A stretch of 64,000 bases of DNA from Parcubacteria group bacterium (GCA_002687175.1 NYZP01000002.1:1171-65170), one strand, 5' to 3'. Positions 39,186-50,030 are shown, counted from the first letter of the stretch. The notes: generated by a model from the sequence alone, not told the origin. A program made the numbers and translations.

Positions 39186-39872
39186 ATGAAACAGTTCGAT
39201 ATTGTAACTATATTTCCAGGTATATTTTCCGCCAAGGGCGGACCCGCCTCTGGCGGGGATTCTTGTTGTTATTTTGACTATGGTATTATGCGACAGGCTA
39301 TTAAAAAGAAACTGATTAAAATTAATATTCATGATTTAAGAAAGTCTACCACTGATAAACATCATACTGTTGATGATCGACCTTATGGTGGTGGTCCCGG
39401 TATGATTTTAATGGTTGAACCTATTGTAAAGATGCTTAAGTCAATCAAGAAGAAAAAGAAAACTAGAGTTATCATGTTGGCTCCAGAGGGCAAAAAGTTT
39501 GATCAACGTCAAGCCGAACGTTTGGCCAAATATGATCAGTTGATATTATTGTGTGGGCGCTATGAAGGATTTGATGCTCGAGTAGAAAAGTATATTGATG
39601 AAAAAGTTTCCATTGGTGATTATGTTTTAGCCGGCGGTGAGTTAGCCGCGATGGTGGTAACCGAAGCCGTGGCTCGACACGTTCCCGGAGTGGTTGGTCA
39701 TGAACATGCTTTAGATGACGAGACATTTTCTCATGATTTAGATTATATTGAATATCCGCAGTACAGTCGGCCCGAGAGTTATAAAGGGCAGAAGGTGCCT
39801 AAAATTCTTTTGTCCGGCAATCATGCCGAAATTAAAAAGTGGCGTCAGAGCAAAAGGAAGAAGAGAAAGTGA
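39186..39872 (+). CDS. trmD: tRNA (guanine37-N1) methyltransferase
   Basis: VDDRPYGGGPGM, CGRYEGFD, SIGDYVLAGGE, YPQYSRP. Confidence 0.97.
   Translation: MKQFDIVTIFPGIFSAKGGPASGGDSCCYFDYGIMRQAIKKKLIKINIHDLRKSTTDKHHTVDDRPYGGGPGMILMVEPIVKMLKSIKKKKKTRVIMLAPEGKKFDQRQAERLAKYDQLILLCGRYEGFDARVEKYIDEKVSIGDYVLAGGELAAMVVTEAVARHVPGVVGHEHALDDETFSHDLDYIEYPQYSRPESYKGQKVPKILLSGNHAEIKKWRQSKRKKRK
39228..39257 (+). repeat. 30-bp double-hairpin palindromic element in frame within trmD
   Basis: TCCGCCAAGGGCGGACCCGCCTCTGGCGGG (SAKGGPASGG); related copy at 42532-42561. Confidence 0.85.
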
Positions 39873-39883
39873 ACCTTCTCTAT

Positions 39884-40025
39884 TTGTCATTCTGAGCGAA
39901 GCGAAGGATCTCTGAATAACTGACGAGGAGGATTTGTTTCTCAGATGATGATTACAGTATTCGAATGGTCAGAGATCCTTCGACTACGTCACTCTCTACG
40001 GTCGTGACTCCGCTCAGGATGACAA
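39884..40025. repeat. Gene-less REP-like inverted-repeat element
   Basis: TTGTCATTCTGAGCGAAGCGAAGGATCTCTGA ... TCAGAGATCCTTCG...CGCTCAGGATGACAA; same TGTCAT/ATGACA ends as the GIY-YIG flanks. Confidence 0.8.
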
Positions 40026-40174
40026 GGAGTGACGTACAAACCAATAAAAAAACAGCCACTAAATTCGGGGTTGTTTTTATGTACTCTCAGAAGCAACAAA
40101 CGCAATGTTCACGACTTCAGTTGAGTAGACTTCAGTTGAGTAGGAGAAGGAAGGTTTAAAGTTTCCTTCTCCGG

Positions 40175-40381
40175 TTAAAGGTTGCGGATCACGTTGTAAC
40201 CGCTGATTATTGCCCAGCGGCACAGACGATAGATACTTCTCATCACCCAAGTGATGAAATTCTCAACCTCCCGAGAGATGAATCGATTGATTCTTTGTCT
40301 CGTTTTTTCCCATCCCATGAAGGAGAGGCAAAAGTTGAGTCCGAAGACTAATACTACGATTGAAAGTACGAGCTCAAGCAT
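40175..40381 (-). CDS. Small hypothetical membrane protein
   Basis: GAGG upstream; hydrophobic N-terminus; downstream hairpin. Confidence 0.55.
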   Translation of the reverse strand: MLELVLSIVVLVFGLNFCLSFMGWEKTRQRINRFISREVENFITWVMRSIYRLCRWAIISGYNVIRNL

Positions 40382-40555
40382 TTTATTTCCTCTCTTTTGA
40401 TTTTTCTGTTTATTTTGGTTAAATATACTATATCATATATTATAGATATTGTCAAGTATAGTAATTGTATTTTCTCTAGTATTAGCTAAAATTTTGAGCT
40501 TTTATTTAAATAATCCCCTGTTTATATAGTGTGACTAAGTAAGTGCTAAAATATC

Positions 40556-40584
40556 TTGACACTACGGTAAAAAGGGTGTAATAT
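40556..40584 (+). promoter_or_regulatory. rRNA promoter candidate
   Basis: TTGACA-17-TAATAT; boxA-like GAACTTTGACAAC near 40787. Confidence 0.55.
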
Positions 40585-40950
40585 ATATAGTAGGATAAAT
40601 ATTAATTTTGAAAACGCGTATAACCACTTCTCAATAACAATATTGCGTTATCCCAACTGAACCAGTTTGGGATGAGAAAAAACAGTGGTGTCTAAAGGAC
40701 TTTGGATCCCTCTGTTTTTTCTTCTGCTAATATTGACTTAATTTGATGAAAGCCTCGCGGTGACTCAAACTAAGCAAGAAGGAAAAGAACTTTGACAACC
40801 AAAATGTGACAAAAACCACATATATATTTTCATTAATTCCAATAAATTCAATTCATGTCCTCATGAAAATGGGGATTAAGGTGGCAACTACCTTTCTATT
40901 TATTAGTTGTAAAATTTTTTAAGAAATTTACTCTGTAAAATTCTTAAATC

Positions 40951-42431
<1,481 letters not shown>

Positions 42432-42531
42432 AGGGAGATATAAGGATGGAGAGCCGGAATTCCGCTCTTCATCACTAGTCGCCATTCTGAGCAATCAGAG
42501 TGAGGGAATTAGTGTAAATATGAATTGGTTT

Positions 42532-42561
42532 TCCGCCAGAGGCGGACCAGCCTCTGGCTGG
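42532..42561 (+). repeat. Second copy of the 30-bp double-hairpin element
   Basis: TCCGCCAGAGGCGGACCAGCCTCTGGCTGG. Confidence 0.8.
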
Positions 42562-42763
42562 TTGTCACATTTTGTTTGTTAAATAAAAGAACCGTCTTAA
42601 CGGCGGTTTTTTTGTTTGTTAGTATTGACAAAATTGAGATCCTGTGATAAACATAGATTGCCTTTTGTGAGGAAAGGAAAACATGGTGCGTTGCAGTACC
42701 TTTCAAGTAGATAAATCAGCTAGGCCACTTACGGCCACGCAACACCTCACAGGAGGAAGCACC

Positions 42764-43177
42764 ATGGGAAGCTTCGGCGGCTGGTTAACACCAGGAGGTG
42801 GATCATCAGGCCCTGACCCGCGAGAGCAGGTCGAGCGATCCATCAAAGAGCATGGTTGGGTTTTGGAAGCGGCTCGTGTAGCCTTTAATTCCCAAGACCC
42901 ACTCCATTGCTACTACGGTGAAGACTGCAACCCTGACGAATATCTTGGTTACGCTGAGGAATTTGTCAAAATGTTCGAACTGACAGATGTATATGTCGAT
43001 ACCATGGAAACGGTACGCGACAGACATCCAATAACTTCTCTGGACTTTGTCCGGGAAATTGTCAGACGAACATTTGGCCCTTGTCAGTTTATCAGGGGTT
43101 GGGTTTCTTCGGAAGACATTGAAAACATCGCTCAGACTTTGGTCAATGGCGGTGTTAAGATGTCAGCTGAAGGATAG
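42764..43177 (+). CDS. Hypothetical protein
   Basis: AGGAGG upstream of ATG 42764; own TTGACA promoter candidate; DPL...DEY motif. Confidence 0.7.
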   Translation: MGSFGGWLTPGGGSSGPDPREQVERSIKEHGWVLEAARVAFNSQDPLHCYYGEDCNPDEYLGYAEEFVKMFELTDVYVDTMETVRDRHPITSLDFVREIVRRTFGPCQFIRGWVSSEDIENIAQTLVNGGVKMSAEG

Positions 43178-43319
43178 GAGGATGCCTCCTCCTAACATGC
43201 AGTCGATGCCCAACCGCATCTCACAACCGCTAGCGTATGTTTTTCGCCAGCGGTTATTTTTTAAAATAATATTGACTAAACAGACTTTTATTGTTATATT
43301 AGTTTATGTTTAAAATTAA

Positions 43320-43396
43320 GGGCGATTAGCTCAGTTGGTTAGAGCGCGTCACTGATAATGACGAGGTCCGAGGTTCAAATCCTCGATCGCCCACCA
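43320..43396 (+). tRNA. tRNA-Ile(GAT)
   Basis: Cloverleaf, anticodon loop CT-GAT-AA, encoded CCA. Confidence 0.96.
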
Positions 43397-43410
43397 TTAT
43401 ATATTAATAT

Positions 43411-43593
43411 GCCGAGTTAGCTCAGTGAGGTCCCAAACCTTCTGGTGAATCGGCCGAGTTAGCTCAGTGGTAGAGCGAAGGACTGAAAATCCTTGCGTCC
43501 CCAGTTCAATTCTGGGACTCGGCACCAGAAGGTTTGGGATAAACTCCGGACTGAAATTATTGTATCTCAATTCAGTTCCGGGACTTGGTACAA
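43411..43593 (+). pseudogene. Relic tRNA-Phe copy split around the intact tRNA-Phe
   Basis: 5' piece GCCGAGTTAGCTCAGTG (43411-43427); decayed 3' piece GGACTGAAA...CCGGGACTTGGTAC (43548-43591). Confidence 0.7.
43453..43527 (+). tRNA. tRNA-Phe(GAA)
   Basis: Cloverleaf, anticodon loop CT-GAA-AA, encoded CCA. Confidence 0.96.
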
Positions 43594-43624
43594 TATTTCT
43601 CTCCTAACGGAGTGAAAACATTGG

Positions 43625-43701
43625 CGGGGTGTGGCGCAGTTGGCTAGCGCGCGTCGTTTGGGACGATGAGGTCGTGGGTTCGAGTCCCACCACCCCGACC
43701 A
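43625..43701 (+). tRNA. tRNA-Pro(TGG)
   Basis: Cloverleaf, anticodon loop TT-TGG-GA, encoded CCA. Confidence 0.96.
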
Positions 43702-43744
43702 TCACAACATAGCGTATTTATTATTGTTTGGACAGTATTAAAAT

Positions 43745-44097
43745 TGTCATCCCTGCGAAAGCAGGGATCCAGAAACGCTATGATGACCTATTACGTTTAT
43801 ATACTTGCCAGTAAAAGAAATGGAACGCTCTATGTTGGTGTTACTAATGACTTGGCAAGAAGGGCCTATGAGCATAGAGCAGGCTTAATTAAAGGTTTTA
43901 CAAAAAAATACGGGGTTAAGGTGCTAGTTTATTTTGAAGAGTTTGACGATATTGGTTTTGCAATTCAGAGGGAGAGAAATTTAAAAAAATGGAAACGTGA
44001 CTGGAAATTAAATCTAATTGAGAGTTCTAATCCGGACTGGGAAGATTTATACTTTGAATTAGATTAATACTGGATCCCTGCTTTCGCAGGGATGACA
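43745..44097 (+). mobile_element. GIY-YIG gene bounded by perfect 28-bp REP-like inverted repeats
   Basis: TGTCATCCCTGCGAAAGCAGGGATCCAG (43745-43772) and its exact reverse complement (44070-44097). Confidence 0.75.
43780..44067 (+). CDS. GIY-YIG nuclease family protein
   Basis: YYVYILAS..NGTLYVGVTNDL.RR..EH, AIQRERNLKKWKR.WK, NPDWEDL. Confidence 0.93.
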   Translation: MMTYYVYILASKRNGTLYVGVTNDLARRAYEHRAGLIKGFTKKYGVKVLVYFEEFDDIGFAIQRERNLKKWKRDWKLNLIESSNPDWEDLYFELD

Positions 44098-44106
44098 GAA
44101 AAGTGT

Positions 44107-44181
44107 GCGGGTATAGTATAGTGGCTATTATGTCAGGTTTCCAACCTGAAGAGGCGGGTTCGATTCCCGCTACCCGCTCCA
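44107..44181 (+). tRNA. tRNA-Gly(TCC)
   Basis: Cloverleaf, anticodon loop TT-TCC-AA, encoded CCA. Confidence 0.95.
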
Positions 44182-44280
44182 AGAGTAAATCGCCTTCAGG
44201 CCCGCTTAGTCGCGAGACTAGCGGTTTTTTGATATAATTCAATCAGCAAAAATTCTAAAAAAGAAAGTAGCAACTAAAGC

Positions 44281-45201
44281 ATGAATGATAAGATAATCTT
44301 CGTAATAGGTCATCCTAGGTCGGGCACAACTTTATTAAATAAGGTGTTGTTAGCCCATCCTAAAATTAACTTTATTACTTTTGAGTTTAACGATTTATCT
44401 TATTTTTACTTTAATCAACATTTATATGAAAAATATGGTAAAGAAAAATATTTAATGATGACTAAAGATTTTTTTAAACATCCTTGGATTCAACTATCTT
44501 TGATTCAACAACCAGTAGAAAGCATCAAGACAAGTAATATCAATACAAATAATTTTCAACAGTTCGTCCATAGTTTTTTAAATGAATTTAGACTTCCAAA
44601 AGATAACAATCTAATTGGCATAAAGATATCTGATAATATTACCAATAATGTTTCGATGATCGCTCAAATTTTTAAGGATGCTCACTGTGTTCATATTATT
44701 CGTGATCCACGGGATATTTTTCTTTCAACGAAAAAAAACTTTGGAACAGTCAGCCCTTTTTATGGAGGAAAATCTTGGGCGGAAAATGTCAGCCAGATTA
44801 TGTCACTTAAGAATGAGTTGAAGCATTATTATGAATTACGATACGAACAATTTGTGACTAATTCAAAAGAAGAGTTAGAAAAACTGTGCTCTTTTTTAGG
44901 GGTAGATTTTGATAATCAAATGTTAGAGTTTTATAAAAAAATAATTAATCCTTCTAAGTCTCATTCTCTCCTGACAAAAAAAATTGTTACTAATAATTTT
45001 AACAAATGGCAAACAAATCTTAGTGATAAAAAGTTGGAATTACTCTATGCTGGAGCCGGTGCCAAGATTTTTCAGCTTGGATATTCTGACAAAGAACATA
45101 ATAGCAGAATAAGTTTCTTGGAAAGATTAAAGGAATTTATTTTGGAGAAAAGCAGATTGTCAGTGCCGCTGGTTTTAGTCCGGCAGAGTTTGCCCAGGTA
45201 A
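44281..45201 (+). CDS. Sulfotransferase family protein (3' end runs into unrelated sequence)
   Basis: GHPRSGTT PAPS loop, IIRDPRD..S, RYEQ; very AT-rich. Confidence 0.85.
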   Translation: MNDKIIFVIGHPRSGTTLLNKVLLAHPKINFITFEFNDLSYFYFNQHLYEKYGKEKYLMMTKDFFKHPWIQLSLIQQPVESIKTSNINTNNFQQFVHSFLNEFRLPKDNNLIGIKISDNITNNVSMIAQIFKDAHCVHIIRDPRDIFLSTKKNFGTVSPFYGGKSWAENVSQIMSLKNELKHYYELRYEQFVTNSKEELEKLCSFLGVDFDNQMLEFYKKIINPSKSHSLLTKKIVTNNFNKWQTNLSDKKLELLYAGAGAKIFQLGYSDKEHNSRISFLERLKEFILEKSRLSVPLVLVRQSLPR

Positions 45202-45779
45202 CGGGAGTAATTTTTAACGCCGGTGCCGACGTTGCTGAAGAGAACCTAGGCTGTCCCAACGTTTGGGATGGTGGTGCACAAAAAGGTATCGCCTCTTTTA
45301 GCCCCGTGGCGACTCACGAGATACTTGAAGCAGTCGAGAGAGAAGTTGGCGTTGATGCCAACATTTTGGTCAAGCTCTCGCCTTTTTCTAACCCGGCAGA
45401 CCTGAGCGAAGTTGCCTCAGTGCTTGGAGAGTCTAAGTTAGTCAAAGCGGTAGTTACCTGTAATACTTTTCCCAACGCTTTTGCCATTGACGGAGATGGC
45501 GATCCCTGGATTTCCCCTGGCGGTGGTTTGGCGGGAATGGCAGGACCGGCTCTTAAGCCAATTGGCATGGGTCAAGTTAAGCAGTTTCGGGCTCAGCTTC
45601 CAGAGCGTATTCAGATCGTTGGCGTTGGTGGAATTCGTTCAGGGCAGGATGTTCTTGATTATTTACGAGCCGGTGCGGACGCGGTGGCCATTGCCACCAG
45701 CTTAGTGGAGGAAGGTCCGGCGGTGTTCAGCAGAATACTTTCCGAGTATGTCGATTTGGTCGAATCGGGAGAAAATTAA
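45156..45779 (+). pseudogene. pyrD: 5'-truncated dihydroorotate dehydrogenase (class 1)
   Basis: In-frame IVSAAG...ENLGCPNV upstream of the track ORF; VKLSP, NT, AGMAG, GVGGI; N-terminal part and start codon absent. Confidence 0.8.
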
Positions 45780-45924
45780 TCCGGAGGAGTTGACAGTAGT
45801 TACTGTCGTTGGCTTGATTGACTGAAAATGGTTGATCAAGTTTTTTTTGTCACTATTGACAAAAAAGGTTATATATGCTAAGGTGTTTAACTTTCTCAAA
45901 AGGGAATTTTTTAATACTTTATCT

Positions 45925-46446
45925 ATGAAAACCATTAAATCACTGAGAAAAATTAGTAATCATAAACTTGAACTATTAGTGCTTTTTGCTCTGGTTTTTG
46001 AGTTTATTTTTCCTCGCTACAGTTTAGCGGTTGATCCAATTGAGCTGGATCAAAGCATTATGTTGCCCGAATTAGTCATCAAGTCTGTTATAGAGGAAAA
46101 TAGTGAGGTTTCTTTAATCGCTCCATCTAGAGAAGTTGAAATTTTAAATACTTATCACGTACCAATCACCGCTTATTCCTCAACTGTTGACCAAACTGAC
46201 AGCACTCCTTGTATTACCGCCAATGGTTTCGATTTGTGTGCGCACAATCAAGAAGATGTTATTGCTGCTAATTTTTTACCATTTGGTACTAAGGTCAGAA
46301 TTCCCGAATATTATGGTGATCGGATTTTTACTGTTCAGGACAGAATGAATGCTCGATATTACTACCGAGCTGATATCTGGATGAAGGTCAGAGCTGATGC
46401 TATCAAATGGGGCTTGATTTATACAACTATTGAAGTTGTTGACTAA
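45925..46446 (+). CDS. 3D-domain (cell-wall, MltA-like) protein
   Basis: TAYSS..QTDSTPCITANG, AANFLPFGT, VQDRMN, ADIW. Confidence 0.88.
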   Translation: MKTIKSLRKISNHKLELLVLFALVFEFIFPRYSLAVDPIELDQSIMLPELVIKSVIEENSEVSLIAPSREVEILNTYHVPITAYSSTVDQTDSTPCITANGFDLCAHNQEDVIAANFLPFGTKVRIPEYYGDRIFTVQDRMNARYYYRADIWMKVRADAIKWGLIYTTIEVVD

Positions 46447-46538
46447 ATTGAATAAAAAACATGGTGGCTTGTCGCCGAATCTTTTAGTAGAGGTTAGGTT
46501 GATTTAAAAGCCTTTTTTTGTTAGACTAATCTAGTCCT

Positions 46539-46612
<74 letters not shown>

Positions 46613-46709
46613 AATTAGCAAATGGCAAATAGCATTTTGCAAATCTGCTACAATCGATTAGCCATTAGCCATTAGCCATTAGCCATTAGCCATTAGCCAT
46701 TAGCCATTT
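46613..46709 (+). repeat. Heptamer repeat hairpin, (TTAGCCA)x7 arm abutting the infB ATG
   Basis: Seven exact units 46658-46706; short complementary arm TAGCAAATGGCAAATAGC upstream. Confidence 0.9.
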
Positions 46710-48701
46710 ATGAATGTAACCGAATTAGCTAGACGTTTAAAGATACCCAGCAAAGAACTGCTCGAAATTTTACCAGCAGTTGGTTTTGATATTGGTCGTC
46801 GAGCAATTAAAATTGACAACCGTCAAGCTCAACGAATTGTTGAACAGTGGCCTCGTCTTTATGCTAAGTATAAAGAATCAATTGATGAAGAAAAAGAGGA
46901 AGAAATTCTTGCCGAAGAAATACCGGCCGAGCAAAAACAGGTCACAATTCCTCAAACTGTCAGAGTCAAGGATTTTGCTGATATGCTAAAGTTACCTTTG
47001 CCAAAAGTTATGGCTGAGTTGATGAAAAATGGTGTGTTGTCTTCAATGAATGAGGAAATTGATTTTGACACTGCCGCTATTGTTGGTGAAGAGCTGGGCT
47101 ATGAAATATTGTCTGGATCCTCTAAAGGTGAGGAAAATGAAAAAACTACTTCTGAAAAACTGGAAACTTTATTAACCGAAGATGACAAAGCTAAGCTAGA
47201 ATCTCGACCGCCGGTAATCGTTATAATGGGTCATGTTGACCATGGTAAGACTAAGTTACTTGATGCCATTCGAACAACTAATGTGGTGGCTGGAGAAAGT
47301 GGTGGAATCACTCAGCACATTGGAGCCTATCAGGTGAAAAAAAATAATAAGTTAATTACGTTTATTGATACTCCCGGTCATGAAGCTTTTACCACTATGC
47401 GTTCTCGGGGAGCTAGAGTTGCCGATATTGCAATATTGGTGATTGCCGCTGATGACAGTATTCAACCTCAAACAAAAGAGTCAATTAAAATTATTAAATC
47501 GGCCGGACTACCAATGATTGTGGCGATTAATAAAATAGACAAACCAGACGCTAATCCAGAAAAAGTTAAGCAGGATTTAGCCAGCCTTAATTTAACTCCC
47601 GAAGAATGGGGTGGTAGCACAATTATCGTACCAATTTCCGCTAAGGAAGGTACTGGCCTTGATGATTTATTAGAAATGGTTTTATTGGTTGCTGAGACTG
47701 AAAAAGATCAAATTTTGGCTAATCCAAATAAATCGGCAGTCGGTACTATTATTGAATCCCATGTTAATCCAGGCGAAGGGCCAGTGGCCACTATTTTAGT
47801 ACAAAGTGGTACTTTAAAAACCGGTGATCAAGTTGAAGTGGCTGGCACGTTTTATGGCCGAATTAGAGTAATGAAAGATTATAATAACAAGAATATTGAT
47901 TCAGTAGGTCCTTCAGCGCCAGTTAAAATTTTAGGACTAAAGGCTGCTCCCAGTGTTGGTGATATTTTGCAGGTAACGTCAACCGGTGGTAAAAATAAAA
48001 AAGTAAAAAAATATGAACTGCGTCAACAAGCGGTGGCCTATAGTAAGTTAGCAGAAGTCAGCGAAAATGACAGCAAAGATTTAAAACCTTTAAATATAGT
48101 TTTAAAAGCCGATGTTTTAGGTTCTCTAGAGGCGATCATTGCTTCTTTAACTAAACTGGAACATCCAGAAGTTTTTTTAAATATTGTTAGCAAGGGCTTA
48201 GGTAATATTACCGAGGGAGACATTAATCGGGCTGAGGCAAGCCAGGCAATTATTATTGGTTTTCATACCAAGCCATCTCAACAAGTTGAAAATTTAGCCA
48301 AGGAAAAAAAGGTTACGATTGAACTTTATGAGGTTATCTATAAATTAATTGAAGAAGTTAAAGCTAAACTGGAACAATTGTTATCTCCAGAAGTTATCAA
48401 AACGGAACTCGGTAAATTGAAAGTTTTGGCAGTTTTTAATAAGGCTGACAAATCAATGGTAATTGGTGGTAGCGTCACTAAAGGAAAAATTATTTCCGGA
48501 GCAAAAGTAAATGTGTTACGCGACAAAAAAATAATGGCCAAAGGGGTCGTTACCCAAGTCCAAGTTAATAAGGTTGATGTCAATGAAGCAACAGCTGGTC
48601 AAGAATGTGGCCTTAAGTATGAAGGTAAGACAGTGATTACCGAAGGTGATACCTTGGAAGTGTATCAAGAGGAAATAAAGGATAAAAAATTAGACAGCTA
48701 A
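46710..48701 (+). CDS. infB: Translation initiation factor IF-2
   Basis: GHVDHGKT, GGITQHIGAY, DTPGHEAF, NKID. Confidence 0.98.
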   Translation: MNVTELARRLKIPSKELLEILPAVGFDIGRRAIKIDNRQAQRIVEQWPRLYAKYKESIDEEKEEEILAEEIPAEQKQVTIPQTVRVKDFADMLKLPLPKVMAELMKNGVLSSMNEEIDFDTAAIVGEELGYEILSGSSKGEENEKTTSEKLETLLTEDDKAKLESRPPVIVIMGHVDHGKTKLLDAIRTTNVVAGESGGITQHIGAYQVKKNNKLITFIDTPGHEAFTTMRSRGARVADIAILVIAADDSIQPQTKESIKIIKSAGLPMIVAINKIDKPDANPEKVKQDLASLNLTPEEWGGSTIIVPISAKEGTGLDDLLEMVLLVAETEKDQILANPNKSAVGTIIESHVNPGEGPVATILVQSGTLKTGDQVEVAGTFYGRIRVMKDYNNKNIDSVGPSAPVKILGLKAAPSVGDILQVTSTGGKNKKVKKYELRQQAVAYSKLAEVSENDSKDLKPLNIVLKADVLGSLEAIIASLTKLEHPEVFLNIVSKGLGNITEGDINRAEASQAIIIGFHTKPSQQVENLAKEKKVTIELYEVIYKLIEEVKAKLEQLLSPEVIKTELGKLKVLAVFNKADKSMVIGGSVTKGKIISGAKVNVLRDKKIMAKGVVTQVQVNKVDVNEATAGQECGLKYEGKTVITEGDTLEVYQEEIKDKKLDS

Positions 48702-48702
48702 A

Positions 48703-49044
48703 ATGTCTCATCGAATTTTACAGATTAATGAGCTAATTAGGCAAGAGCTTAATAACCTAATCTTAACTGAGATTGAATTGCCCAAGAATAGTTTAGCCAC
48801 TATTATAAAAGTTGAAACTTCTAAAGACTTGCGGCATGCCAAGGTTTGGTTAAGTATAATACCAACCAGTTACACTAAGAAAGTTTTAGATAGATTCAGG
48901 GGTAAAGCTGGACATTTACAATATCTGCTAAATAAAAAATTGACAATGAAGCCATTGCCTCGTTTAAGTTTTGATATTGATGAAACCGAAAGAAAAGCCG
49001 GAGGCATAGAAGAACTACTTGACCGAATTAGAGAAAAAGGTTAG
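48703..49044 (+). CDS. rbfA: Ribosome-binding factor A
   Basis: SKDLRHAKV, PRLSF; follows infB. Confidence 0.92.
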   Translation: MSHRILQINELIRQELNNLILTEIELPKNSLATIIKVETSKDLRHAKVWLSIIPTSYTKKVLDRFRGKAGHLQYLLNKKLTMKPLPRLSFDIDETERKAGGIEELLDRIREKG

Positions 49045-49055
49045 GATAGTTGGCT

Positions 49056-50027
49056 ATGGAAATTTCCGAAGTAAGTCAAAAAATTCATTCGCAAATAAAT
49101 AAAGCGGAACATATTTTACTAATTGCCCATCAAAATCCCGATGCTGACTGTTTGGGTAGTTTGGTGGTATTTAGTTCTTGGTTGGAATCTTTAAATAAGA
49201 ACCATACCAGATTTTGTTTACATCAACCACCACCAAATCTAACTTGGTTAGTTAATTTTGAACCTTTGGTTAATGACCCCGAATACTTGATCAAGCAGCC
49301 TTATGATTTGGTGATAGTTTTAGACTCTGGTGATTTAAAATATGCAGGTGTAGACAATATTTTACCAAAACTTAGTCCTCAGCCAAAAGTTATTAATATT
49401 GATCACCATGCCACTAACCAGAATTTTGGTGATATTAATCTAGTAAACACCCAATCAGTTTCGACGACCGAAATAGTTTACCAACTTTTTAAGACCTTAA
49501 AGATCAGGATTGATGCCAAGGTGGCCAGCGCGATGTTGGCAGGCATCATCTATGATACCTATAATTTTACCAACCCTAATACTAATCATCAATCATTGGA
49601 AACTGCTTCTCAGCTACTTTTGTCCGGTGCCCAGCTAGGCACTGTCAGTGATTCAATCCTAAAAACTAAAAGTATTGATACTTTAAAAATTTGGGGAGAA
49701 ATTTTAACACGCTTAAGTCACTGCCATAAATTTAATGTAGTCAGTACAGTTGTTACCCGTCAGGACTTAGCCGATAATTTAGCTGATAGTGAAGTAACCG
49801 AAGGAGTAGCTAATTTTTTAAATAATTTAACAGGCGTCAAGGCTGCGCTGATCTTACAAGAACAGGCAGACGGTTCTATCAAGGGTAGTTTTCGAACTAA
49901 TAATGACTTGATTGATGTCTCAAAATTAGCTAGAATATTAGGTGGTGGAGGCCACAAGAAGGCCGCCGGGTTTAAGATCAAAGGCCAGCTAAAAAAGACG
50001 AGAAGTGGAAGTTGGCAGATTGTGTAA
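49056..50027 (+). CDS. DHH/DHHA1 phosphoesterase (NrnA-like)
   Basis: HQNPDADCLGS, NIDHH, GGGGHKKAAG. Confidence 0.92.
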   Translation: MEISEVSQKIHSQINKAEHILLIAHQNPDADCLGSLVVFSSWLESLNKNHTRFCLHQPPPNLTWLVNFEPLVNDPEYLIKQPYDLVIVLDSGDLKYAGVDNILPKLSPQPKVINIDHHATNQNFGDINLVNTQSVSTTEIVYQLFKTLKIRIDAKVASAMLAGIIYDTYNFTNPNTNHQSLETASQLLLSGAQLGTVSDSILKTKSIDTLKIWGEILTRLSHCHKFNVVSTVVTRQDLADNLADSEVTEGVANFLNNLTGVKAALILQEQADGSIKGSFRTNNDLIDVSKLARILGGGGHKKAAGFKIKGQLKKTRSGSWQIV

Positions 50028-50030
50028 GTG

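Noticed and set aside
39965-40159. 64-aa ORF and a 15-bp tandem duplication (40113-40142)
   Set aside because: The ORF is a read-through of the REP-like arm and terminator; a two-copy duplication alone is uninformative.
43666-43779. N-terminal extension of the GIY-YIG ORF
   Set aside because: Overlaps tRNA-Pro and the inverted repeat; the likely start is 43780.
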